A stretch of 32,000 nt of DNA from Acaryochloris thomasi RCC1774 (lineage in GTDB: Bacteria > Cyanobacteriota > Cyanobacteriia > Thermosynechococcales > Thermosynechococcaceae): the NCBI RefSeq assembly GCF_003231495.1, contig NZ_PQWO01000006.1:180001-212000 (forward strand). The letters run 5' to 3'. Both the position numbers and the translations under genes were made by a program. The notes below the pieces were generated by a model. It had not been told where the DNA came from, ran no database searches, and worked only from the letters and a program-made list of their open reading frames with translations. Shown piece after piece: positions 1 through 8,031 of this stretch. Positions within the stretch are counted from its first letter, which is position 1. Each line of letters begins with the position of its first letter.

Positions 1-174
1 AATCAGGCTGGAGCCAGCAGCCAGCGCCATTTCCAGGTATCCAGTGGCGGGCATCACCGCTGTCTCAAACAGACAGTGATCGTTCAGAAAAGCTGGGATC
101 GCAGGACTAACCTGAGACTCAAAGCAAATGTTAGTCATCCCAGCTAGATGGAGGCGCTGCCCCAATAGCGGATG
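1..174 (-). other. Start of a PKS dehydratase (DH) domain, truncated by the window edge
   Basis: HPLLGQRL...FESQVSPAIPAFLNDHCLFETAVMPATGYLEMALAAG follows the post-AT linker (YPFQRHRHW). It matches the DH N-terminal HxxxGxxxxP-region pattern, with Glu in the Gly position. Confidence 0.6.
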
Positions 175-3100
175 CATCGTTTGACTACGGGCATCACTGG
201 GAAGAGCCTGTCCCTGTATTTTTGGTGCAGGATCAATCCAGTGACGGTGACGCTGGAACGGATAGGTCGGCAGCGGCACCCGGTAGCGCTGCTCATCAAC
301 ATAGAAGCCAGCCCAGTCCAGCTTGACACCAGCCTGCCAGAGCTGACCGACGGTTTCGAGTACAAAGCCAACGTCTGAAGCTTCCTCTTTAGGATGGCGA
401 ATGGAGGAAAGCACGACTCGCTCAGCTCCAGTCTGCTTGGAAGCCAGAGACTTCAGCATCCGTCCAGGACCAACTTCCAGAAGGACGCGCGTTTCATCCT
501 CTAACAGTTCCTTGACTCCAGCGGTGAAGCGCACCGTGGATCGGAGATGGTTCGCCCAGTAGCTAGGATCAGTAGCTTCTGCATCTGTAATCCAAGTTCC
601 CGTCACGTTTGAAATGTAGGGAATCTGAGGCGGATTGAGCTGCACCTGTCGCACCCGCTCAGTGAAAGGCTCCAGGATAGGATCCATCATGAAGGAGTGA
701 AAAGCGTGGGATGTGTGCAGGGTTCGGAAGTCAATACTTTCGTCTTCCAGCTTCTGCTTGAGAGCATCAATAGCCTCTGCAGGTCCGGCCACGGTACATA
801 GAGATGGAGCATTACTGGTCGCCAGAGCGAGCTGATCATTCAACAGTGCTTCGACTTCATCTTCTGGCAAGAAAACGGTCAGCATCGAGCCTGACGGCAG
901 GGACTGCATCAACCGGCCCCGTTCTGCAACGAGCGCCAACGCTTCTTCTAGCGAGAAGACGCCCGCTAAGCAAGCCGCCGTATATTCGCCAATGCTGTGG
1001 CCAATCATGGCCTGCGGCTGAATGCCCCAAGCCATCCAGAGCTGAGCAACGGCATACTCTGTGACAAAGAGCGCAGGCTGAGTGATGTTAGTTTGCTTCA
1101 GGAGCTCGGTGTTGGCTGCAGCATCTCCCGAGGTGTTGTAAATGATTTCGCGTAGATCTAGGCCAAGGTGCGGCTCTAGGATTTCTGCGCAGCGATCGAC
1201 TGTTTCTCTGTAAACGCGCTCTGTTTCGTAGAGATCGCGGCCCATATTGACGTATTGAGCGCCCTGTCCCGACAGCATAAAGACAATCGAAGGCTGATGG
1301 GTGTCGGGGGCGTAGATGGCTTCTTCGGGTTCCCATGTGGTTAGGGTTGCGATCGCATCCTCCCCACGTTCACAAACCACTGCTGTCCGATATTCGAACG
1401 CTCGCCGACCCACCTTTGATGTGTAGGCAACATCAGCTAGATTTTCAATCGGAGTCTCACGTAGATAGATAGCAAAATTTTCAACCGCCGCCGCCAGAGC
1501 TTCCTCTGTCTTGCCAGAAAGCACCAATAGCTGCCAGGAACGAGATTCTCCAGAGGCATCTATCTTGGGTGATTCTTCCAGTACCGCATGGGCATTGGTA
1601 CCCCCGACCCCGAACGAGCTAAGCCCTGCCCGACGTGGACCCCCATTCGTCTCCCAAGGCAGCAGCTCTTTGTTGATGTAAAAAGGGCTGTTCTCTAGAT
1701 CAAGCTGAGGATTCGGTGTTTCAAAGTTGACAACTGGCGGAATCTGCTTGTGCTTGAGCGCCAAGGTCGCCTTAATTAAACCCGCAACGCCTGCCGCTCG
1801 ATTCAGATGACCAATATTGCTTTTGATAGATCCCAGGGCACAGAATCCCTGTTGTTCGGTTTGCTCACGAAAGACTTTGGTTAAAGCTGCCACCTCAATG
1901 GGATCGCCCATTTGGGTTCCTGTACCGTGGGTCTCAATGTAGGAAATACTCTCAGGCTCAACTCCAGCCAGAGCGTGAGCCTCAGCAACTACATCTGCTT
2001 GACCATCAACGCTAGGGGCCGTGTAGCCAACCTTCAACGAGCCATCATTATTGAGCGCCGTACTTCTGATCACAGAATAAATATGATCACCGTCAGCCAA
2101 AGCGTCCTCAAGACGTTTTAGAACAACAATTCCAGCTCCATTACCAAGAACAGTTCCCTGCGCCTCAGCATCAAAGGGACGGCAGTGACCATCGGCTGAC
2201 TCAATCCAACCTTCCTCAAAGGGATGGCCTATTCGATGGGGCACATTAATGGTCACGCCTCCCGCCATCGCCATATCGCATTCACCACTGAGGAGGCTCT
2301 GGCAAGCTAAGTGTGTGGCAACTAAAGAAGTCGAGCAGGCCGTATTCACAGAGAATGCAGGCCCTTTCAGATCGAGCTTGTACGAGATCCGAGTGGCGAC
2401 AAAATCTTTATCGTTGGCAATCTCCACCGGACCCGCCCCCATCGACTGGATAAAGTCTGGACGAGACAGAAGATTATTGTGCCAATAGCTGCTGAACAGA
2501 GCACCAGCATAGACCCCAATTCTGCCAGGGAAGGTATCCGGATCGTAGCCTGCATTCTCTAGAGCTTCCCAAGCGCACTCCAACATGATTCGATGCTGGG
2601 GATCAAGCGCAGAAGCCTCCCGAGGACTGAATCCAAAGAAGTACTCATCGAACAGTTCGATATCGTCGATAATCGGGCCTGACTTGACATATCCCGGCTG
2701 GCTCAACAAAGTCGGATCAACGCCAGCGGCCAACAGCTCCTCGTCTGTAAAAGCAGTCAGCGACTCTACGCCATCACAAAGATTCTGCCAGAACTGCTCA
2801 ACAGTATCAGCCCCAGGGAAACGCCCTGCCAAGCCGACGATGGCAATGCCCTCCACGCTTGACGTAGCATCACCCTCGAACCCCTGGTTGCGGCGCTGCT
2901 TTTGGCGCTGCACTCTATCTTTGACAGCCTGAAAAGAAGATCCCGTCGATGGAGCCGCCGTTAAAAACTGCGCTAAAGAATGAACGGTCGGAGACTTAAA
3001 TAGCTCAATTGGGGAAAAGTCAGATTCAAAAAGGCTTGTCAACCGTTGATGGACTTGGGCGAGTAGCAGTGAACCGCCCCCAATTTCAAAGAAATTATCG

Positions 3101-4689
3101 TGAATCCCGACATCCGTTAGACCCAGTACATCCTGCCAGACCTCAAGAATCTGTTTTTCTACCGTAGTCTGAGGCGTAACGTTTGTGCTCCCCGCCGGCT
3201 TAACGGGTTGACGCGGCGTGTAGCTGATGGCCTCTGCCAGCTCAATCGAGGCAATCTCCTGCTCAGGACTTTCAACGATGCCGTTTAGTAGAGACTGATA
3301 GTTTCTGAGAAATGCCGCGATTGTCTCAGCTTCAAATAAATCCGTTTTGTATTCTAAAGCGCCGACTAGCCCGTCCTCTCCTTCCTCCCAGAAAAAAGAT
3401 AGGTCGAAGTCAGCATTTCTCTCAGGTGCTACCATCGCCTCAATCTGAACATCCGGCAGCTGAAAGGGCTGATTTTGGGTGTTGAGCAACGCAAACAGAA
3501 CCTTCGAGATTGAAGGGAGTAAAAGACCCTGAATGTCTCCCAATTGCTGAAACGGCACATCTTGATGCTTAAAGGCATCCAATGATGTCACGCGAACGCG
3601 ATCCAGCAGTTCCTTGAAGCTTGGATTGCCCGATAGCTGACACCGCAGGGGAATAATGTTGTTGAAGTACCCAATCAACTTCTGAATCTCTGGCCGATTG
3701 CGACCGGCAACTGGCGAGCAAACCGTGATATCTTCCTGGCCGACATATCGATACAGAAGCGTTTGGAATGCAGCTAAAAGAGTGACAAAAAGCGTTGTTC
3801 CTGAATCTTTTGCGAGAGACTCTAAAGCAGTCTTCAGAGAGGACGGCAGCGTCAGAGATTGTCGAGTCCCTGCCATTGCCGGGAAAGAGGGTTGTTCGTG
3901 GTCGACAGGTAAAATAACGGATGGACAGCCCTCTAGCTGCTGTTCCCAGTAAGATATTTGTGGCGCTAAAGCACCGGTGGCAATCCAGCTACGCTGCCAG
4001 TTCGAGAAATCAGCATATTGAATCGGCAGATCCGGGACCGTTGCAGGCTGTTTTATCTGATGGGCCTTGTAAATTTCTCCTAGCTCAGAGAAGAATAATC
4101 CCTCTGACCAGCCATCGAAAACAATGTGGTTAATGCATAGACTCAGTACGTTCTGGTCTTCATCCAGTTGAAGTAGCTTAGCTCTTAGAAGAGGTGCTTT
4201 GCCCAAGTCAAAGGGCCGATTGATGTTGTCCTGAACGAGCTGCTTGAGCCTTTCGTCCCGTTGCTCAGCCGACAACTCCCTTAAATCATAGGTTTCAAAA
4301 ATACCGGCAATACTGTCTGAGACAGCCTGTATCGGTGTCCCATCCACCTCTTTAAAGTAGGTTCTTAAAGCCTCATGACGATTCAATACCTCAATCAGGC
4401 TCTGCTCAAGAATTTGCGGATTCAAGGAGCCGTTGAGCCGAAAAGTGTAGGGAATATTGTAGGCACTATTTGACCCAATCTTAGCCAGGAACCAAAGACG
4501 CTCTTGAGCAAAGGAGAGCGGTAGATTCTGGTCCCGACTGACCGGTTCTAAGGGTGGAGCTTGCTTTTGCGCCTCCATAGCGGCTCGAATAGCTTCCCAG
4601 AAGTCCTGTCCTTTCTGGTCAGCGGATGAGTCATTAGTGCCAGGACTTTCAATATCGATTTTTTCTTGATGGTCTGATGCGTCTGGCAC
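1..4689 (-). CDS. Hybrid NRPS-PKS megasynthase, N-terminal 1563 codons (C-T-KS-AT-DH...), 3' end beyond the left window edge
   Basis: Not in the ORF track because there is no stop inside the window. My manual reverse-complement translation is open from 4689 to 1. The GTG at 4689 follows an in-frame TAG and a GAGGAG Shine-Dalgarno 7 nt upstream; an alternative ATG lies near 4577. Domain motifs read directly are listed in the sub-features below. Confidence 0.9.
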   Translation of the reverse strand, partial: MPDASDHQEKIDIESPGTNDSSADQKGQDFWEAIRAAMEAQKQAPPLEPVSRDQNLPLSFAQERLWFLAKIGSNSAYNIPYTFRLNGSLNPQILEQSLIEVLNRHEALRTYFKEVDGTPIQAVSDSIAGIFETYDLRELSAEQRDERLKQLVQDNINRPFDLGKAPLLRAKLLQLDEDQNVLSLCINHIVFDGWSEGLFFSELGEIYKAHQIKQPATVPDLPIQYADFSNWQRSWIATGALAPQISYWEQQLEGCPSVILPVDHEQPSFPAMAGTRQSLTLPSSLKTALESLAKDSGTTLFVTLLAAFQTLLYRYVGQEDITVCSPVAGRNRPEIQKLIGYFNNIIPLRCQLSGNPSFKELLDRVRVTSLDAFKHQDVPFQQLGDIQGLLLPSISKVLFALLNTQNQPFQLPDVQIEAMVAPERNADFDLSFFWEEGEDGLVGALEYKTDLFEAETIAAFLRNYQSLLNGIVESPEQEIASIELAEAISYTPRQPVKPAGSTNVTPQTTVEKQILEVWQDVLGLTDVGIHDNFFEIGGGSLLLAQVHQRLTSLFESDFSPIELFKSPTVHSLAQFLTAAPSTGSSFQAVKDRVQRQKQRRNQGFEGDATSSVEGIAIVGLAGRFPGADTVEQFWQNLCDGVESLTAFTDEELLAAGVDPTLLSQPGYVKSGPIIDDIELFDEYFFGFSPREASALDPQHRIMLECAWEALENAGYDPDTFPGRIGVYAGALFSSYWHNNLLSRPDFIQSMGAGPVEIANDKDFVATRISYKLDLKGPAFSVNTACSTSLVATHLACQSLLSGECDMAMAGGVTINVPHRIGHPFEEGWIESADGHCRPFDAEAQGTVLGNGAGIVVLKRLEDALADGDHIYSVIRSTALNNDGSLKVGYTAPSVDGQADVVAEAHALAGVEPESISYIETHGTGTQMGDPIEVAALTKVFREQTEQQGFCALGSIKSNIGHLNRAAGVAGLIKATLALKHKQIPPVVNFETPNPQLDLENSPFYINKELLPWETNGGPRRAGLSSFGVGGTNAHAVLEESPKIDASGESRSWQLLVLSGKTEEALAAAVENFAIYLRETPIENLADVAYTSKVGRRAFEYRTAVVCERGEDAIATLTTWEPEEAIYAPDTHQPSIVFMLSGQGAQYVNMGRDLYETERVYRETVDRCAEILEPHLGLDLREIIYNTSGDAAANTELLKQTNITQPALFVTEYAVAQLWMAWGIQPQAMIGHSIGEYTAACLAGVFSLEEALALVAERGRLMQSLPSGSMLTVFLPEDEVEALLNDQLALATSNAPSLCTVAGPAEAIDALKQKLEDESIDFRTLHTSHAFHSFMMDPILEPFTERVRQVQLNPPQIPYISNVTGTWITDAEATDPSYWANHLRSTVRFTAGVKELLEDETRVLLEVGPGRMLKSLASKQTGAERVVLSSIRHPKEEASDVGFVLETVGQLWQAGVKLDWAGFYVDEQRYRVPLPTYPFQRHRHWIDPAPKIQGQALPSDARSQTMHPLLGQRLHLAGMTNICFESQVSPAIPAFLNDHCLFETAVMPATGYLEMALAAGSSLI
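440..1290 (-). other. Acyltransferase (AT) domain, malonyl-type signature
   Basis: FMLSGQGAQY, GHSIGEYTAAC (985-1002, Ser codon 994-996), HTSHAFHS (HAFH at 697-708, the motif associated with malonyl-CoA specificity), VLLEVGPG at the end. Confidence 0.9.
1349..1356. repeat. HIP1 octamer GCGATCGC
   Basis: Exact match read in the sequence. Confidence 0.95.
1574..2856 (-). other. Ketosynthase (KS) domain
   Basis: IAIVGLAGRFPGA start. Active-site NTACSTSLVATHLACQSLLSGECDMA (Cys codon 2335-2337), then ETHGTGTQMGDPIE, SIKSNIGHLNRAAGVAG, and SSFGVGGTNAHAVLEE at the end. Confidence 0.92.
2965..3165 (-). other. Thiolation / carrier (T) domain directly after the C domain (approximate borders)
   Basis: EKQILEVWQDVLGLTDVGIHDNFFEIGGGSLLLAQVHQRL. 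The Ser codon of the GGGSL attachment motif is at 3070-3072. Only about 60 residues separate it from the end of the C domain. Confidence 0.75.
3250..4560 (-). other. NRPS condensation (C) domain of the megasynthase (approximate borders)
   Basis: Translated motifs in canonical order: LPLSFAQERLWFL (C1), NHIVFDGWS (C3, HHxxxDG with first His replaced by Asn, at 4111-4131), QYADFSNWQ (C4), IGYFNNIIPLRC (C5), HQDVPFQQL (C6). Confidence 0.8.
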
Positions 4690-4770
4690 TGGGTCACTCC
4701 TCTACGGGCTGAGGTTCACAATCTGATTAATTATCTGGAGGAAATACCGTTTCTATGCAGGACGGTACGA

Positions 4771-5022
4771 CTAAGCGCTTTGCTTGCTTTTCAGCAATTC
4801 TTCAATATTGGCAACGGTTCTAAAGTTATCAAGGTTGATCTCACCCATATCAAACTGAACGCCAAACTCATCCTGTAGCTGAAAGATGAGATTCATCGCG
4901 TTCACTGAGTCCAGTCCGAGCGCAAAAATATCGCTATCGTCTGCGATTTGATCCTCTGTTGTATTTGGTAGAATAGATAGAACAACGGAGTAAATCTTGG
5001 GCTTAATTTCTTCAGCAGTCAT
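4771..5022 (-). CDS. Free-standing acyl/aryl carrier protein
   Basis: The track ORF 4771-5034 starts at TTG; the first ATG (5022) gives 83 aa beginning MTAEEIKPKIY. Phosphopantetheine motif LGLDSVNAMNL (Ser codon 4906-4908). Size and acidic helical character are typical of ACP/ArCP. Confidence 0.85.
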   Translation of the reverse strand: MTAEEIKPKIYSVVLSILPNTTEDQIADDSDIFALGLDSVNAMNLIFQLQDEFGVQFDMGEINLDNFRTVANIEELLKSKQSA

Positions 5023-5114
5023 TTTATAAATCAACTTTTATAAGCGTTACAACCAGGAAATCAATTGTCTGACTAGATCTATCTTTGTGATGGTAGAGAA
5101 GTTACTCCCGAAAC

Positions 5115-5157
5115 TCATGAAAGCAACAGAAGAGCTGGCAAAGAGCCACTTTCATGA
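5115..5157 (-). other. Perfect 9-bp inverted repeat TCATGAAAG / CTTTCATGA with 25-nt loop in the ligase-carrier protein spacer
   Basis: Read directly: 5115-5123 pairs with 5149-5157. The function is unknown; the structure is only a prediction from complementarity. Confidence 0.5.
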
Positions 5158-5174
5158 CTCGTCACCGTCAACGG

Positions 5175-5214
5175 CAGCATCTCATGAAAGCAATTCGCCC
5201 CTGAAGAGATGCTG
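5175..5214 (-). other. Perfect 9-bp inverted repeat CAGCATCTC / GAGATGCTG with 22-nt loop, overlapping a third copy of TCATGAAAG
   Basis: Read directly: 5175-5183 pairs with 5206-5214. CTCATGAAAGCAA at 5181-5193 repeats 5114-5126. Confidence 0.5.
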
Positions 5215-5238
5215 TTAGCTAGAAATAAGGAAAATGAG

Positions 5239-6762
5239 CTAGATCAAGTCCTTACGTAATATTTTACCCAGAGCGCTCTTAGGAATTTCATCTCTGAACT
5301 CAACAATCCTCGGAGTCTTGAAGTCAGCTAGCTTATCTTGGCAGTAACTGATGATGCTAGACTCCTCACATTCTCCCTCAGCAACTACTACGGCTTTGAT
5401 CACCTCCCCTGCATAGGGGCGCTTAGTCCCCACGACCACAACTTCTTTCACATTGGGGTGTGTCGCTAAGAGATTCTCAATTTCAAAGGGATCGACCTTA
5501 TGGCCACCCGTATCAATAAAGATTTTCTTGCGGCCCGTTATGAAGATGTAGCCGTCTTTATCTTTAGTCCCTAGGTCTGACGTGAAATAATGACCTTCTC
5601 GAAAGACCTCTTTGTTAACCTCTGGGGCATCATGATATCCCTGGGTTAGCGTGTTACTCTTGATGGCCAGCTCACCCGTCACGCCGGGTTGCGCCTCGTT
5701 ACCGTCATCACCCATAACTTTGATCTCGACATCTTGCATGGGTTGACCCACAGAGTCGTACCGATGCTCAGGAGATGCCTCCATATTAATTGCGACTGAT
5801 CCCGCCTCTGTACAGCCATAAAGCTGACGAATGGGGAGTCCAAATCGAAGCAAGAATTTGTCAAAAATATCTTTTGCTAGGAAGTTGCCTGCCGAGATAC
5901 ACAGCCGCAGAGTGGATAGATCAATCGTCGGATCGGGAGGCGTAGAGGCCAAAATGCTGTATACGTAAGGCACACTCGGCAAGATCGAGATCTTTTCTGT
6001 TTTGATGAGCTCCAACACTCTAGGCCGACGAAAAACAAAAGGAATTTCAGAAACGACCCCATCCTTTGAATAGGGTTCAAGAATCACCAGTTTGGCTCCT
6101 GAACAAGTTGCTGCTAGCAAGCATTCACCAAACCCGTAGGCGTGATACATCGGCACGCTACAGAAAATACTGTCTTCCATGGTGACGCCTAGCGTTTCAA
6201 CGCAGCTTCTCGCCTGGGAGAAAACGTTCACCTGAGTTCTGCTGACTCTCTTCGGTTTACCGGTGGAACCAGAAGTGTATTGATATAAGACGGCTCCCTC
6301 ATAAGAATCAGTTGATGGATCCTCGGTGGAGGCACCCCGTACGACATCTTCGAATGCGACACCACAGGGAGGGTTGTTCCCAACCACAACTAGCTTTATC
6401 TGTCGGTCGCTTTTATCAATAAGTGCTTGGCAAGTCTCAGCACGGGCTGCATCAGTGATAATGAGCTTCGTCTGGCTGTCTTCAATGTAATGGTTGAGTT
6501 CGCTTTCTTTGAAGGATGGGTTTAAAAGCAATGCGATCGCATGTAGGCGAGAGACCGCGAAAAAGCTGATTAAGAACTCGGGACAATTCGGTAAAACCAA
6601 GGCGATACAATCTGATTCGCTGATTCCCAGAGAACCTAGTCCATTCGCAAGTCTAAGAACTATCTCACGAAGAGCTTGATAAGTGAGTCTTGATTCACCG
6701 CAAACAACGGCATCATTATCTGGATAACTGCTCGCCGTTTTATCCAGCATTTGATTCAACAT
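5239..6762 (-). CDS. Stand-alone adenylate-forming ligase (aryl/acyl-AMP or -carrier-protein ligase)
   Basis: 507 aa with ANL-superfamily core motifs YTSGSTGKPKRV, YGCTEAG, FTSDLGTKDKDGYIFITGRKK and PKSALGKILRKDL. No fused carrier or C domain. It sits between the chorismatase and the carrier protein. Confidence 0.85.
   Translation of the reverse strand: MLNQMLDKTASSYPDNDAVVCGESRLTYQALREIVLRLANGLGSLGISESDCIALVLPNCPEFLISFFAVSRLHAIALLLNPSFKESELNHYIEDSQTKLIITDAARAETCQALIDKSDRQIKLVVVGNNPPCGVAFEDVVRGASTEDPSTDSYEGAVLYQYTSGSTGKPKRVSRTQVNVFSQARSCVETLGVTMEDSIFCSVPMYHAYGFGECLLAATCSGAKLVILEPYSKDGVVSEIPFVFRRPRVLELIKTEKISILPSVPYVYSILASTPPDPTIDLSTLRLCISAGNFLAKDIFDKFLLRFGLPIRQLYGCTEAGSVAINMEASPEHRYDSVGQPMQDVEIKVMGDDGNEAQPGVTGELAIKSNTLTQGYHDAPEVNKEVFREGHYFTSDLGTKDKDGYIFITGRKKIFIDTGGHKVDPFEIENLLATHPNVKEVVVVGTKRPYAGEVIKAVVVAEGECEESSIISYCQDKLADFKTPRIVEFRDEIPKSALGKILRKDLI
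6533..6540. repeat. HIP1 octamer GCGATCGC
   Basis: Exact match read in the sequence. Confidence 0.95.
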
Positions 6763-7035
6763 TGGCCTACCCTATATTTATAAATTTCATCATAATTACG
6801 CTGTCCCAAACCCCTGCGAGCCAAAACATATAGCGAGTTCACTAGAACATTACCGCGTCAAATGTATTGATCCCCAGGAAAGTCATAAAATTGACATCCC
6901 CCCGTCTTCTCACATCTTATCTGATGCACCGATATTCTCATCGAAATCGCTGTCTGCGGGAAGTAAGTATCCACTCATCCCTTCCGCCTGTAATGCTTGG
7001 GGATACTGCGGTTCTAGAATCTATCGACCCTATCT

Positions 7036-8031
7036 CTACCTTTCTTCGATAATGGCTTCAATTTCAATATCTAATTCAAATCGGCAAATATCTGATTTAA
7101 GGTAGATAATGTGATCGTCTTTAGTCGCCATGATCAGCTTTGGGAAAAGCTCTCGAACATGTGCCGCGTCTTCTGCTCGCCTTATATAAACCTTAAAAAT
7201 TCTGTCATGCTTGACGGGATCGGGCATCAGGTTACCGTAGCTCTGACGCTCAAACAAAAGCCCCATCTCCTCAAAGACTAGGCTCATATTGTCAACTGTC
7301 GTATACAGTTGCTCCGTCATGTCTGATAGCGTGACTGACTCATGGCTTTTGATACTAGCCGTTCCCGAGAGGAACCCAACTTGCTTGCTGTCACGCATAA
7401 GAACAGTCCCCCTCGCAAAGCTAGGAGAGCGAGGACCGTAACGCTTCGGATATTTATATGCCGCAATCTGCTCGGGGTTTTCGACATGTTTGCCGTCCTC
7501 TTTACCCGCGACGAAGTACATAACAAGCTTGTTGTCATCGATTCCAACGGCAGAGGCTGCGGGCAGTTTGACATCGAACCCCTCTCCGTAAAAAGCCTCA
7601 AAGGCGAGCGAACGTGCTTTACAGAAAGAGCGATAATTCTCTAGAGAAGAGGTCTCTTCATTGATATATGGAACGTAGTGCCAGACCCGGTATAAATTCC
7701 AGTTTTTGGTCAGCTCCAAGAAATCCATATAAACCTCGTAGGTTGCTTTCTCGAGAGGGAATTCAACCTCTCGTGTCAGCGCTCCGATGAAATAATCATC
7801 ACTCTCTAAAATATGAAAGCCAAATTTTTGATAAACGCGTCCAGGACAAGAAAAAATTCGTTCTCGACTTTCTTCACCCAGTACCGGGATTTTGACGTGG
7901 ACGTCAATGCTCTCTGCCGTTTGTACACACTTGGTCTCACCTCGTCCAAAGAGGACCTGAAGCGTCTTCTGCTGATAAAGCGGCTTGAGTTCATCAGACT
8001 CTTTAGATTCGATGGATGGTTGTGTGACCAT
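7036..8031 (-). CDS. FkbO/Hyg5/XanB2-family chorismatase (chorismate to hydroxybenzoate or dihydroxycyclohexadiene carboxylate)
   Basis: 331 aa. Motifs I associate with this family from memory: YRVWHYVPYIN, NYRSFCKARSLAF, KLPAASAVG, VENPEQIAAYKYPKRYGPRSPSFARG, LSGTASIKSHES, SDICRFELDIEIEA (RidA/YjgF-like C-terminal part). Not verified by HMM. Confidence 0.7.
   Translation of the reverse strand: MVTQPSIESKESDELKPLYQQKTLQVLFGRGETKCVQTAESIDVHVKIPVLGEESRERIFSCPGRVYQKFGFHILESDDYFIGALTREVEFPLEKATYEVYMDFLELTKNWNLYRVWHYVPYINEETSSLENYRSFCKARSLAFEAFYGEGFDVKLPAASAVGIDDNKLVMYFVAGKEDGKHVENPEQIAAYKYPKRYGPRSPSFARGTVLMRDSKQVGFLSGTASIKSHESVTLSDMTEQLYTTVDNMSLVFEEMGLLFERQSYGNLMPDPVKHDRIFKVYIRRAEDAAHVRELFPKLIMATKDDHIIYLKSDICRFELDIEIEAIIEER

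Noticed and set aside
144-4133. Eleven short track ORFs (60-115 aa) on both strands between 144 and 4133.
   Set aside because: All lie inside the hand-translated, motif-rich minus-strand megasynthase frame (1-4689). They are out-of-frame or antisense shadows with Arg/Ser/Pro-rich, low-information translations.
5118-5219. A 33-aa plus-strand ORF (MKATEELAKSHFHDSSPSTAASHESNSPLKRCC) antisense to the operon, within the ligase-ACP spacer.
   Set aside because: Its ATG is simply part of the repeated TCATGAAAG word. There is no visible ribosome-binding site and the orientation opposes all neighbours. The repeat/hairpin interpretation explains the sequence better.
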